From assembly GCA_037916615.1 (NCBI GenBank), contig JBAIXM010000051.1, forward strand, positions 10,228 to 74,227: a stretch of 64,000 bases of DNA, given 5' to 3'. The DNA comes from Bryobacterales bacterium (GTDB lineage: Bacteria > Acidobacteriota > Terriglobia > Bryobacterales > Bryobacteraceae). Of the stretch, positions 25,902 through 36,025 are shown one piece after another (position 1 is the stretch's first letter; each line of letters starts with the position of its first letter). The position numbers and the translations under genes are program-made. The notes under the pieces are model-generated. The model ran no database searches. It had not been told where the DNA came from and saw only the letters and a program-made list of their open reading frames with translations.

Positions 25902-27017
25902 TTAGCCCAGCAGCCAGCTCAGCGTTTTGAAGGGATCGCTGAACTTCGCGTTAATCCCGTAGGCCGAGGACGGCTCATAGCCGCAGTGCACCATGCACTG
26001 GTCGCAGCGCGGATCGTTGCCGGAGCCGTAGTTTTCCCAAGGCGTCTTGGTCATGAGATCTTCGAACGTCTCATGATGCGCGTCGGTGATCAGGTAGCAC
26101 GGGCCTTTCCAGCCCTTCACGTTGTAAGTCGGGTTGCCCCAGGCGGTGCAGGGCAGTTCGCGATCGCCCTTTAAAAAATCCATGTAGACGGGCGAGGAAA
26201 CCAGCGGGAAGCGCTTGGCAATCTTGTCAATGTCCTTGAACTTCTCATGCACGTCTTCGCGCGTCATGAAAATTTCCTGGTCGTTCACCGAAGAGTAGCC
26301 GTAGGCCGGCGAAATGGTGTGCCCGTCGACCTTGAACTGTTCCAGGAACTCGTAGAGCTCCCAGATTTCACGCATGTCGGTTTCGCGATAGACGGTCGTA
26401 TTGGTGAACACGCGGAAGCCGTTTTGCTTCGCGATCCGGATGCCTTCGATGGCTGCCTTGAACACGCCCTCGCGCTCCACGGCCAGATCGTGATTCTTCT
26501 CCATGCCGTCCAGGTGGACGTTCAAAACCAGTCCGGGATCCGGAGTGAACTCTTTCAGCCGCTTGGCGATGAACATGCCGTTGGTGCAGAGCTGGATATA
26601 GCGGCCGCGTTTCAGAATTTCCGAGCAGAGCTGCGGCAGTTCCGGATAGAGGAACGGCTCGCCTCCGCAGATCGAAACCATGGGAGCTCCGCATTCGTCT
26701 ACGGCGCGCAGGCACTGTTCCAGCGTGAGCCGCGAACTGATGGAAGTTTCGTATTCCCGGATCCGGCCGCACCCGGTACAGGTGAGGTTGCAGGCGTGCA
26801 GCGGCTCGAGCATCATCACCAGCGGAAAACGCTTGTTGATCAGCGGATGCGGTTTGCGCTCGGCGCGCGCCGAGGGGATCTGCGCGTGAATGATGCGGAA
26901 CGGGTTCTTCGCGTCCTCGACGGAGCCCAGGTTTCTCTGCCACTCCGGACGCGGGCGGAGCTTGTTTTTGGCGATGTAGGTCGCCATGCTGGCCGCCTGG
27001 GAAATCGGGAATCTCAT
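25902..27017 (-). CDS. hpnH: adenosylhopane synthase (radical SAM)
   Basis: KRFPLVMMLEPLHACNLTCTGCG (Cx3Cx2C) closely resembles the HpnH N-terminus. Its ATG shares one base with the shc stop (TGATG). Confidence 0.9.
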   Translation of the reverse strand: MRFPISQAASMATYIAKNKLRPRPEWQRNLGSVEDAKNPFRIIHAQIPSARAERKPHPLINKRFPLVMMLEPLHACNLTCTGCGRIREYETSISSRLTLEQCLRAVDECGAPMVSICGGEPFLYPELPQLCSEILKRGRYIQLCTNGMFIAKRLKEFTPDPGLVLNVHLDGMEKNHDLAVEREGVFKAAIEGIRIAKQNGFRVFTNTTVYRETDMREIWELYEFLEQFKVDGHTISPAYGYSSVNDQEIFMTREDVHEKFKDIDKIAKRFPLVSSPVYMDFLKGDRELPCTAWGNPTYNVKGWKGPCYLITDAHHETFEDLMTKTPWENYGSGNDPRCDQCMVHCGYEPSSAYGINAKFSDPFKTLSWLLG

Positions 27018-28942
27018 CAGTGGGTTGCTCCTCTTGCTTTCCGGTAGGCTGCCAGCGCCAGAACCGGAAAAGAAATTCGATAGAGATGATACTGCAAGTA
27101 GAAAACGCGCGGGAATCCGGTGCCTGTGGACAGGTCCTCATCCCAGCCGCCATCGGAGCGCTGGGTTCCCGCCAGGTATTCGATGCCTTTGTGCAGGCTG
27201 TTGCTGGTGGTATCGCCGCTGGCGATCAATCCCAGCACGGCCCAGGCCGTCTGGGACGGAGTGCTGTGCGCGGCGGTGTACGTTCCATTGTCATAGCTGG
27301 CGCAGCTTTCGCCCCAGCCGCCATCGGCGTTCTGGATCGAGCGCAGCCATTCGCCCGCGCGCAGGATGTAGGCTTCCCGGTCGCTTTCGCCCGAGGCCTG
27401 CAATCCGCGCAGCGCCAGGTACGTGCCGTAGATGTAATCGACGCCCCAGCGTCCGTACCAGCTTCCGTCCTCTTCCTGGACGCGCTTGAGGAACGCCACG
27501 CCGCGCTGCACCGCTTCGTGGCTATTGGAAACGCCGCATCGGGCAAGCGCTTCCAGCACGCGGCCGGTGATATCCGGACACGTGGGATCGAGCATGGCAT
27601 TGTGATCGGCGAACGGGACGCAGCTCAGGAAATTCCAGTTATTGTCGACGTCGAATGCCGCCCAACCTCCGTCCGAGCCCTGCATCGCGAGCAGCCAGTC
27701 CACGGCACGCTTGCGGGCGGCCTGCTGCGCGTCCGAATCGGAAGCCTGGGAGTGGGCAAGAGCCAGCAGCACCTGGGCGGTATCGTCGATATCGGGATAC
27801 CATTCGTTGGCGAATTCGAAATACCAGCCGGATGGCTCGATATTGGGGCGCTTGACGCTCCAGTCACCCTTCTTGCGGACTTCCTTGGAAAGCAGCCAGT
27901 CGGCGGCAGGCATGAGCGCTCGCTCGGGCACGACTCCGGATTCGCCCAGAACATGGACGGCGATAGCCGTGTCCCAAACCGGCGAGAAACACGGTTGGAA
28001 GAAAAACCCGCGATGGTCGTCAATCATCAGGCTCATGAACTGGCGCGTGGCTTCCCGCACGTCCGGATGATCCTCGGGATACCCCAGGACGTCGAGCGCC
28101 ATGATCACGTACATCATCGAGGGATAAATCGCACCCAGGCCGTCGGAGCAATGCGTGCGGTCGAGCATCCATTGCTCGGCGCGCTGGATGGCGCGCTTCC
28201 GCAGGCCGCGGGAGCCATGTCGTTCCCAGAATTTGAGAAACCGGTCGGCGACGAAGAAGAACGTTCGCCAGCTCAGGAATCTCTCAGGCTTGGCGAAGGC
28301 CATCGAAACGCCCGGCACGAACAGCTCTTCGAGCGTGAACCCGGCAGGCACGGGACGCTGCGGGTTCATCGAGTGCAGGATCGAAAGGGGCGTCACAATC
28401 GCCCGCGTCCAGGAGGACATCTCGTAGATGAGATTCCCCGCCAGGCTCAATTCAGGCGGAATCGAGGGCGTCTGCTCGCGCGGATACAGGCCGAACAGGC
28501 TGAGATTGATCTTGACGTAGCTGTTGGCGGCTTGCAGCCCGCCGAGCGCGAGGATGCGCTCCCTCAGGCGGCTCAACTGCGACCCGGCCGGATCGACTCC
28601 CGCCAGCTTCAGCGCCGTATAAGCCTTGATGCTGGCACTGACTTCCGACGGGCCCTTTTCGTAAATGCTGAAGCCGCCGTCGGGCAACTGGCGCGCCAGG
28701 ATCGATCGCACTGCTTTGTCGATCAGAGGCCGGGTGGGCGGGTTCCATGCGCCGTTCTGGGGAGGATGCCGCCACAGCTCCAGCAGAATGAAATCGGATT
28801 CCAGCGTTGTGTCGGCGGTCAGCTCGCCGCACCAGTATCCCTGACCGGCTCGCCGGCTCAGCAGGTAGTCAGACGCCCTGCGCAGAGTGGCGGAGGATTC
28901 CGCCAACAGAGTGTCCGCAATTTGCAGACTGGGGCTGCTCAT
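27017..28942 (-). CDS. shc: squalene-hopene cyclase
   Basis: Start ATG 28942 (MSSPSLQIADTLL...). DxDDTA catalytic motif (WYPDIDDTAQ). Multiple QW repeats (QGSDGGWAAF, QEEDGSWYGRWG, QNADGGWGE, QRSDGGWDE). Overlaps the ispH stop (ATGA). Confidence 0.95.
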   Translation of the reverse strand: MSSPSLQIADTLLAESSATLRRASDYLLSRRAGQGYWCGELTADTTLESDFILLELWRHPPQNGAWNPPTRPLIDKAVRSILARQLPDGGFSIYEKGPSEVSASIKAYTALKLAGVDPAGSQLSRLRERILALGGLQAANSYVKINLSLFGLYPREQTPSIPPELSLAGNLIYEMSSWTRAIVTPLSILHSMNPQRPVPAGFTLEELFVPGVSMAFAKPERFLSWRTFFFVADRFLKFWERHGSRGLRKRAIQRAEQWMLDRTHCSDGLGAIYPSMMYVIMALDVLGYPEDHPDVREATRQFMSLMIDDHRGFFFQPCFSPVWDTAIAVHVLGESGVVPERALMPAADWLLSKEVRKKGDWSVKRPNIEPSGWYFEFANEWYPDIDDTAQVLLALAHSQASDSDAQQAARKRAVDWLLAMQGSDGGWAAFDVDNNWNFLSCVPFADHNAMLDPTCPDITGRVLEALARCGVSNSHEAVQRGVAFLKRVQEEDGSWYGRWGVDYIYGTYLALRGLQASGESDREAYILRAGEWLRSIQNADGGWGESCASYDNGTYTAAHSTPSQTAWAVLGLIASGDTTSNSLHKGIEYLAGTQRSDGGWDEDLSTGTGFPRVFYLQYHLYRISFPVLALAAYRKARGATH

Positions 28943-29919
28943 ACCCGCGCAACGGTTTGTAATTGCACCGTGCGCGTCAGCTCGGATGGCAAGTTGAAGC
29001 GCACGTCCTCTTCCTTGACTTCCATTTCTTCCAGTTGCGCGAAGCCTCGCTGCTGGAGGAACTCGACCAATTGCTGCACCAGGTTTTCCGGCGCGGATGC
29101 GCCCGCCGTCACCGCGACCGTCCGGACGTTTTCCAGCCATTGTTGCTGGACTTCCGTCAGATCGTCGACCAGATAGGCGGGGACGCCCATCTTCTCGCAA
29201 ACTTCCACCAGACGGCGCGAATTCGAGCTGTTTTGTGAACCCACAACCAGCAGCACTTCACATAGAGGGACCACGGCTTTCACCGCGACTTGCCGGTTTT
29301 CCGTGGCGTAGCAGATATCCTGCGCCGCCGGCCCCTGAATCTTGGGGAACTTATGCTTGAGCCGCTCCACGATATCCCGGGTTTCATCCAGGCTCAGCGT
29401 GGTCTGCGTGATAAAGGAAACGCGCTCCGGGTCGGCGACCTCCAGCCGATCGACATCTTCCACCGTGGAAACCAGGGCGGTCGCTTGCGGCGCTTCCCCG
29501 AGCGTTCCGATCACCTCGTCGTGATCCTTGTGGCCGATCAGGACGATGGTGAATCCCTTCTTCGCGAACTTGACGGCTTCCAGGTGGACCTTGGTCACCA
29601 GGGGGCAGGTCGCGTCGATGACCTTGAGGCTCCGCTGTCGTGCCTGCGTGCGCACTTCCGGCGAGACTCCATGAGCGCTGAAAATCACGCGAGCGCCCAC
29701 TGGAACTTCGTCCAGCTCCTCGACAAAGATCGCACCAAGAGCCCGAAGCTCCTCGACGACGTGGCGGTTATGAACGATTTCCTTGCGCACGTAGATCGGC
29801 GCTCCGTACATATCGAGCGCGATCTTCACCACGTCGATTGCGCGTACGACTCCCGCGCAGAAACCTCGTGGCCGCAACAAGATAATCTTCTTCCCCGCAG
29901 TCAAAGGGGTAGAGGACAT
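28939..29919 (-). CDS. ispH: 4-hydroxy-3-methylbut-2-enyl diphosphate reductase
   Basis: LytB-like sequence RPRGFCAGVVRAI...VHNRHVV...ATCPLVTKVH...SSNS. First gene of the hopanoid operon. Confidence 0.93.
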   Translation of the reverse strand: MSSTPLTAGKKIILLRPRGFCAGVVRAIDVVKIALDMYGAPIYVRKEIVHNRHVVEELRALGAIFVEELDEVPVGARVIFSAHGVSPEVRTQARQRSLKVIDATCPLVTKVHLEAVKFAKKGFTIVLIGHKDHDEVIGTLGEAPQATALVSTVEDVDRLEVADPERVSFITQTTLSLDETRDIVERLKHKFPKIQGPAAQDICYATENRQVAVKAVVPLCEVLLVVGSQNSSNSRRLVEVCEKMGVPAYLVDDLTEVQQQWLENVRTVAVTAGASAPENLVQQLVEFLQQRGFAQLEEMEVKEEDVRFNLPSELTRTVQLQTVARV

Positions 29920-29993
29920 AGGAACCCTATTATAGCAAGCGACCCTGCGGGGGCAGAGTTCGTTCGGTTAACGAAGCTTAATTCCGCCGATTT

Positions 29994-30911
29994 TCAGTGA
30001 GTCGTATGAGAGGCGTGCGACGACTTGCCTAACTGATCGAGCGCAGCTTTGAACCCCGCAGCGAGTTTCTCAGTCGGGCCGGTTCCCCAATAGTGCAGGA
30101 AGTAGATCGTGGGCTGGCCGCTGGTCATGTGGTTATGAATCGCAACCACGTTCAGGCCGTTGGAACGCAGCGCTTTGAGTACGGGCGTGATCTCGCCGGA
30201 TAGCATGGCGACGTCGCCTGCGACCTCGGCGTTTGCATCGCTGCCATAAAAGGCGGCCCAGGTGTTCAGTCCCATGCGCGCGTTGATAGCGGCGCCCATG
30301 TCTTTGAGCTTCAGATCGTCGCGACCCACGGTGATTTTATAGACTGCGCCGCTCTGTTCCCCTTCGTGTCCTACGAGCTTGGCGATTTTGGCCGTGTCGA
30401 TCTGCCCGGCCGAAACATTCGATTTTGCACCGCTGACCGAGTCTTGATGTTGTGGCGACCCCTTGCCGATCAAATCCACCGCGGGTTTGACCATTTTGGC
30501 GAGATCCCCTGCTTTGCCGTGACCGTGCACGTGCATATAAAAGATTCGCGGACTTTCGAAGAAGAAATGATTGTGGAGAGCCGTGATCTCCAGGCCATTA
30601 TCGAGCAGCGCGGACATGACCGGGTTAACTTCGTCTTCGGTCAGCACCAGATCCCCCATCATCACATCCATGCCGCCATCACCCTTGGTCATTGCGAGCC
30701 AGCCTCCGAATCCAAACGGCGTGGGCGTGGCGATCCCGTCGATGGTGACCTTCAGATCGTTTCGCGGAATGTTGATTTTGAGAACGTTGTCTTTGTAATC
30801 CCCTTGTTTGCCCAAGGACTTGAGGACTAGGTCGTAGTCGGCGGGAACGGATTGGCCCGACGCAAAGCCGGCAAGCAAGAGGGTCGGAATGATCAGAAAT
30901 GCGGATTTCAT
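29994..30911 (-). CDS. secreted protein with two DUF1259 (LppY/LpqO-like) repeats
   Basis: Signal peptide MKSAFLIIPTLLLAGFASGQ. Internal duplication: ITALHNHFFFESPRIFYMHVHGHG and VVAIHNHMTSGQPTIYFLHYWGTG. The family name is from memory. Confidence 0.55.
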   Translation of the reverse strand: MKSAFLIIPTLLLAGFASGQSVPADYDLVLKSLGKQGDYKDNVLKINIPRNDLKVTIDGIATPTPFGFGGWLAMTKGDGGMDVMMGDLVLTEDEVNPVMSALLDNGLEITALHNHFFFESPRIFYMHVHGHGKAGDLAKMVKPAVDLIGKGSPQHQDSVSGAKSNVSAGQIDTAKIAKLVGHEGEQSGAVYKITVGRDDLKLKDMGAAINARMGLNTWAAFYGSDANAEVAGDVAMLSGEITPVLKALRSNGLNVVAIHNHMTSGQPTIYFLHYWGTGPTEKLAAGFKAALDQLGKSSHASHTTH

Positions 30912-30959
30912 AACAGACCTCCCCTGAATTGTAGATCCCGTTGCGTGTATAGTGTTGCT

Positions 30960-32864
30960 CTAGCCTAGAACGAAACCGCGAAGTTTCGCGGCATCAAGTA
31001 AATCCACGATCGCCGGATGGTGCATTTTTTCCGCCCACGCGCGCGGTTTGGCCCACGGTTCCGCGTCGGCCTCCACGGGATCGGCGCCACGCGCCAGGAA
31101 TAGCTTCACGATTTCGACACGCCCCCACCGGCAAGCCCACCCCAGCGGCGTGCTCATGAGCAGTTTGTCCCGGACATCGAGACGAGCCCCGGCGTCTAGC
31201 AGTATGGTGGCAAGCTGAAGACCCGGGCCTCGGTCCCCGGAGACGATCTCGTGCAGGATGGTCTGGCCATGGATGGGATCGCGGTGATGCGGGTGGGTAC
31301 GGGCCAGGATTAGCCGGAACGTGTCGCAGCATTCAGGGCGATCCGCATGATTCCACGTCGGCCGGCGCAGCATTCCGAACCACCTGCGATCATCGTGCGG
31401 CCAGTCGACACGTTCCAAGGCCATCCGAACGATGTCGTCGCAAAGCGAGCTGGCGCCGCCCCACAGAAGCTGCTCCGCCACGGTGTGGCCGGAGAAATCG
31501 TTCGGCTCCAGGTGAGGATCGATTTCGCCCGCGAGCATCTTGCGCGCGATTTCGGTCTGGCGCGCGTAGCCCGCGCCACCGGGGTCGATCCAGCCGCCAT
31601 GCTTTTCGATCAACGCTAGCATTTCGGGATTGCGGCCATCGTAGGCGCGGAATGCCGCCGAGCCCGCTGTAAACACGTTTGCATTGGGGTCCGCGCCACG
31701 CTCCAGCAACAGACGCGCCATCTCCAAACGGTTCAGCACCACGGCTTGAAACACAGGACCGCCGGAAGACCAGGTCTTCTCCTCCATGTGACCGACCTGG
31801 ATGGGCTCGTCCGGATCGAGGCCCAGGTCGAGCAGGCGGCGCAGTGTATCCGGCTGGTTGCCCTTAACGGCAGCCTCCAGCACGCCCTTGCCTTCCAGTT
31901 CCGGCTTGGAAAATTTCGCCAGATAATCCCACCGGCCGAGCGCGGCCGCGGAAATCTGGCTGAGCTCCGCGCCGTATTCGAGGAGGAGTTTCGCCGTGGG
32001 TTGGAACTTCTCGTTGTTAAAGAGCCACTCGTCGCTGCCGCGGCCGGTAGCGGCGAAATCGAGCGGCGTCCAGCCTTGCGGTGCTCTATCCAGAAACGTG
32101 GCGCTTTGGTGCGGGACGACATGTGCCCTCGCGTTGACATCCTTGCCATGCTCGATCAGCCATTTGACGATCAGCCGCTGCCCGCGCCCTGCCGCCAGAT
32201 GGAGCATCGTGGTGCCGTCGGCCATCCGCCACTCGGTGATCTCGGGGTGCTGCTCGAACACCGCTTCCATCGCCTCCTCGCGGCCTGTCATGTAGGCTTC
32301 TTGGATTTTGCGCCGGACTTCAGCGGGTACTTTGGAGCCGCTCATTCCGCGCTTCTCCAGAGCTGCGTTGATTGCGTCGGAGATTTCGTTGAACCCGCGA
32401 TCGCGCGCGATCACACGCGGGCTAGTGGCGTCCCGAATGGGCCAGACGCCTTCGTCGGCATTGGCTCCAAATTCGAGGAGCAGCTTGGTCATTTCGAGAT
32501 CGCGCCGCAGGACCGCCGTGTGAAGCGCGTGGACGCCGACAATCTCCGGGCGGCGAGTGAGGAGTTCGCGCGCCGTTTCGAGATCGCCGCTCTCAACGGC
32601 CTCGTGCAACCTGGTGGCGGTGACGCCGTCGACGGCGGCTTTTAGTTTCGGCCAGCTCTCGAAACCATAGGATCGCGCGAGCACGAACTGGGCGTCGTGC
32701 AATGCGAAATTTTCGGGCGAAGCGGTGCGGTGATACGCGTTCACCTCGGCGACGGCTTCAGGGGAGGATGCCCGATAAGCTTCGAGCAGTTCTTTGGCCT
32801 GGCGTTTCAGTTGGTCCAGGTCGGGATTCTCGCGCATTCGGCGAGTGGGCGGATGCTGGCTCAT
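30960..32864 (-). CDS. ankyrin-repeat protein
   Basis: 634 aa with repeated G.T.LH.A...G....V..LL..GAD.N-type motifs (LLEFGANADE, LLERGADPNA, LLDAGARLDV, FLARGADPVE). N-terminal helical DLDQLKRQAKELLEAYR module. Confidence 0.85.
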   Translation of the reverse strand: MSQHPPTRRMRENPDLDQLKRQAKELLEAYRASSPEAVAEVNAYHRTASPENFALHDAQFVLARSYGFESWPKLKAAVDGVTATRLHEAVESGDLETARELLTRRPEIVGVHALHTAVLRRDLEMTKLLLEFGANADEGVWPIRDATSPRVIARDRGFNEISDAINAALEKRGMSGSKVPAEVRRKIQEAYMTGREEAMEAVFEQHPEITEWRMADGTTMLHLAAGRGQRLIVKWLIEHGKDVNARAHVVPHQSATFLDRAPQGWTPLDFAATGRGSDEWLFNNEKFQPTAKLLLEYGAELSQISAAALGRWDYLAKFSKPELEGKGVLEAAVKGNQPDTLRRLLDLGLDPDEPIQVGHMEEKTWSSGGPVFQAVVLNRLEMARLLLERGADPNANVFTAGSAAFRAYDGRNPEMLALIEKHGGWIDPGGAGYARQTEIARKMLAGEIDPHLEPNDFSGHTVAEQLLWGGASSLCDDIVRMALERVDWPHDDRRWFGMLRRPTWNHADRPECCDTFRLILARTHPHHRDPIHGQTILHEIVSGDRGPGLQLATILLDAGARLDVRDKLLMSTPLGWACRWGRVEIVKLFLARGADPVEADAEPWAKPRAWAEKMHHPAIVDLLDAAKLRGFVLG

Positions 32865-33028
32865 ATGAGCTCCTTTCTCTTTGACTGATTGCCCTTGCTC
32901 CGCTCTATCGGGCGAGAAAAGAGTTCATCTCACAGTCACTGACGATCTCGGGGTGGACGCTGTCCTTCCCGCGGACGTGGTGGGCGCCCCGCGCGCCGGC
33001 CACAAGCATACCAAAGTCGCGGCAGCGA

Positions 33029-34699
33029 TCAGACTTCGAGGATCACGGGCATGATCAGCGGCCGGCGCGAAGTCTGTTTATTCAGGAACCGCTTCAGATC
33101 CGTGCGGATCTTTTCCTGCATCACGCCCCAATCCCCGCGCTCTTCGGCGGTCGAGGATTCCAGCGTTTTGAGCACCACCTGCCGGGCCTCCTGGAGCACC
33201 GCGGCGCTGTCTTCGGTCGACATGAAGCCGCGGCTGACGATCTCCGGAAGCACCTCGCTGCGCCCCGTGTGCTTGTTCAGCGCGATGATCGGCAGCACAA
33301 ATCCGTCTTCCGACAGATGCTGGCGGTCGCGGATGACGATATCTTCCACTACTTCGTCCAGCGTGCCCGAATCAATGCACACGCGGCCGACGGGCACCGG
33401 TTCTCCCTTGCGCGCGCCCTCGCGATCGACCTCGAGTGATTCGCCCGATTCCAGAATGAACGTATCTTCAAGACCCGAGTGGCTCAGGTGCTGGGCCAAT
33501 CTTGCATGCCGCGCGAGCTGGCGGTATTCGCCGTGGATGGGAACGAAGTATTTCGGCCGGACCAGGTTCAGGACCAGGCGAAGCTCCTCCGCGCTTCCGT
33601 GGCCGGAGACGTGGATCGGCGGATTCATGGTTCCATAGACCACGTCGGCGCCGCGCCGGGAGATGTGGTTGATCATCCGGTAGATGGCTTTTTCGTTTCC
33701 GGGGATAATCCGCGCGCTTAGCGCCACGGTATCGCCGCGCTCGATCGAAAGGTGCTTGTGATTGTCCACGGCCACGCGGGACATGGCCGACATCGGCTCG
33801 CCTTGCGTTCCGCTGACCACGGCCGCCACTTTGTTAGGCGGCAACTGCATGGCATCCTGAGGCCGCAGGAGCACGCCATCGGGAATCGTGAGGAGGCCAA
33901 GATCGTGCGCGATTTCCGTAGTGTTGATCATGCTGCGCCCGAAAAACGCGACTTTGCGCCCGTACTCGTGGGCGAAATCGACGATCTGTTGCAGCCGGTG
34001 AATGGAGGAGCTGAAGCAGGAGATCACCAGGCGCCGTGGCGCGCGCACGAACAGGTCTTCGAGTCGCGGGCCGACCGCGCGCTCGCTCTCCGTGTAGCCC
34101 GGGCGGTCCACGTTAGTCGAATCGGACATCAGCAGCAGGACGCCGCGTTTGCCGTAGGCCGCCAGCGTGTGCAGATCGAAGAGGACGTTGTCGGTCGGCG
34201 TCGGATCCACCTTGAAGTCGCCCGTGTGAATGATCACGCCGAGCGGCGTGGTGATGGCCAGCGCGACGCAACTCACGATCGAGTGCGTCACGTGGATGAA
34301 TTCGATCGAGAACGGGCCAAGTTCGAGCAGGTCGCCCGGCTTGACCGGATGCATTTTGACCTTTTCGAGCATCTCGTGCTCTTCCAGGCGGCGCTCCACT
34401 AGCGCGAGCGTAAACGCGGTTCCGTAGACCGGTACGGGAATCTGGTTCAGCAGGAACGGAACGCCTCCGATGTGATCTTCGTGTCCGTGCGTGAGAATCA
34501 GCCCCCGCACGTGAGCGGCGTTCTGTTCCAGATATGTGAAATCGGGCGTGACGATATCGACGCCCAGCAGCTCGTCATCCGGGAACATCATCCCGGCGTC
34601 GACCACGATGATGTCGTCGCCGTAGCGGATGGCCATGGAGTTCATCCCGAACTCGCCAAGACCGCCGAGCGGGATGATTTGCAGTTTTTGATCGGACAT
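33029..34699 (-). CDS. rnj: ribonuclease J
   Basis: Metallo-beta-lactamase/beta-CASP: LQIIPLGGLGEFGMNS, LTHGHEDHIGG. 556 aa, typical RNase J length. Confidence 0.92.
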   Translation of the reverse strand: MSDQKLQIIPLGGLGEFGMNSMAIRYGDDIIVVDAGMMFPDDELLGVDIVTPDFTYLEQNAAHVRGLILTHGHEDHIGGVPFLLNQIPVPVYGTAFTLALVERRLEEHEMLEKVKMHPVKPGDLLELGPFSIEFIHVTHSIVSCVALAITTPLGVIIHTGDFKVDPTPTDNVLFDLHTLAAYGKRGVLLLMSDSTNVDRPGYTESERAVGPRLEDLFVRAPRRLVISCFSSSIHRLQQIVDFAHEYGRKVAFFGRSMINTTEIAHDLGLLTIPDGVLLRPQDAMQLPPNKVAAVVSGTQGEPMSAMSRVAVDNHKHLSIERGDTVALSARIIPGNEKAIYRMINHISRRGADVVYGTMNPPIHVSGHGSAEELRLVLNLVRPKYFVPIHGEYRQLARHARLAQHLSHSGLEDTFILESGESLEVDREGARKGEPVPVGRVCIDSGTLDEVVEDIVIRDRQHLSEDGFVLPIIALNKHTGRSEVLPEIVSRGFMSTEDSAAVLQEARQVVLKTLESSTAEERGDWGVMQEKIRTDLKRFLNKQTSRRPLIMPVILEV

Positions 34700-34733
34700 G
34701 CCCTAGAGTTTCAAGGGTATCAGGGCCAAGGTT

Positions 34734-35942
34734 TTAGCGGGAGAGTTCGCGGCCCAGGTACCGCGAAACAGTGGACCAGAGCTCGTTGGCGTCGATGGGC
34801 TTGGAAAGAAACGCCTGCATTCCGATGGCCCGGCACTGTTCCCGGATCTGGTCCGAGCAGCTTGCGGTGAGCGCGAGGATCGGGACATTGCTGTAGCCAT
34901 TCATGCGGCGGATTCTTGCGGCGGCTTCCAGACCCGTGATGTCCGGCATTTGCAGATCCATCAGGATCAGGTCGTAATGCTTCCGCGCGGCGGCTTCCAG
35001 GGCCTCGCGGCCGGAAGCTGCGCAGTCCACGTTTTTCAAGCGCCGCTTGAGAACATGGCGGAGCACCGTCATCCCGATCGGGTCGTCCTCGACGGCGAGC
35101 ACCGCCGGACCGGCCTCAGCGGAACGGACGGAATGCGTTTCCACGACCTCAGGCCGTCGAACGGGAATTTCCAACGTGAACACCGAACCTGCGCCAGGTT
35201 CACTTTCAACCAGAATGCGGCCTCGCATCACCTTGGCCAGTTTCTGCGCGAGAGCCAGGCCCAAACCTATGCCCGGATAGGCCCGGGCGAGTCCGCTTTC
35301 CCCGGCGCGGAACGATTCGAAAATCGTTTCCAGTTTGTCTCTGGGAATACCGATGCCGGTGTCCCGGACGGCTGCGACCAGCAGATCGGATCCGTGTGCT
35401 CCTGCCGGGGCCAAGTACACCCGTACTTCCACCGAACCGGCATGCGTGAACTTAATGGCGTTGTTAATCAGGTGCCCGACCAGCTCCCGCAGGCGCGCCG
35501 CGTCTCCGATCAACGTCTCCGGCAGGCCGGGTTCCATTTGCAAGCGCAGCCGGAGCTGTTTCACTTCAGCTTTGGGCCGCTGCTGCGCCAAGGCTACCTC
35601 GAGCATTTCCCGTACGCTGAATTCGGTTTCTTCCAGGCTGATCTGCCCGGCTTCGAGTGCCGCGTATTCGAGGCTGGCATTCAGAAGCTCTGACAAAGAT
35701 TCCGTGCACAAGCGCGCTGCGTTCAGGTAGTCGCGCTGGTCCTCGTCGAGGTTGGTTTCATGGAGAAGATCCAGCATTCCGATGATGCCGCTCAAGGGCG
35801 TGCGGATCTCGTGGTTCAGGCTGGCCAGGAAGACGCCCTTTACCTGATCGAGAGGCTGGCGCTCGGGATGAACCGCTGCGGGTTCGGGCGAAGTTTGCCT
35901 GTCCTGAGCCGGCTTCTCGGGTGGGGTTACGTGGACGACCAT
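34734..35942 (-). CDS. hybrid sensor histidine kinase / response regulator (no TM sensor)
   Basis: H-box LNHEIRTPLSGIIG, N-box LINNAIKFT, G-boxes DTGIGI and GIGLGLALAQ. C-terminal REC domain VLAVEDDP...LILMDLQMPDITGLE. Confidence 0.9.
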   Translation of the reverse strand: MVVHVTPPEKPAQDRQTSPEPAAVHPERQPLDQVKGVFLASLNHEIRTPLSGIIGMLDLLHETNLDEDQRDYLNAARLCTESLSELLNASLEYAALEAGQISLEETEFSVREMLEVALAQQRPKAEVKQLRLRLQMEPGLPETLIGDAARLRELVGHLINNAIKFTHAGSVEVRVYLAPAGAHGSDLLVAAVRDTGIGIPRDKLETIFESFRAGESGLARAYPGIGLGLALAQKLAKVMRGRILVESEPGAGSVFTLEIPVRRPEVVETHSVRSAEAGPAVLAVEDDPIGMTVLRHVLKRRLKNVDCAASGREALEAAARKHYDLILMDLQMPDITGLEAAARIRRMNGYSNVPILALTASCSDQIREQCRAIGMQAFLSKPIDANELWSTVSRYLGRELSR

Positions 35943-36025
35943 GCCGATGCTGGGTTCATCGGCAGGTTAGGCGCGCCAGTTTAGGGGTTTCCCGTAGAAC
36001 CCGGCGCTAAGTAGTATGAGCGGCC

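Noticed and set aside
27020-29176. 718-aa plus-strand ORF antisense to shc
   Set aside because: The minus strand encodes an unmistakable squalene-hopene cyclase (DxDDTA, QW repeats). The antisense ORF has no motifs and a biased composition.
28943-29200. 86-codon 5' extension of shc
   Set aside because: It overlaps ispH. The Shc-like sequence begins at ATG 28942, which overlaps the ispH stop (ATGA).
32865-33028. 164-bp intergenic region between rnj and the ankyrin gene, checked for a small ORF or ncRNA
   Set aside because: It contains only a 28-codon Arg/Ala/Thr-rich ORF with no SD sequence. I could not define a convincing hairpin or promoter, so it is left unannotated.
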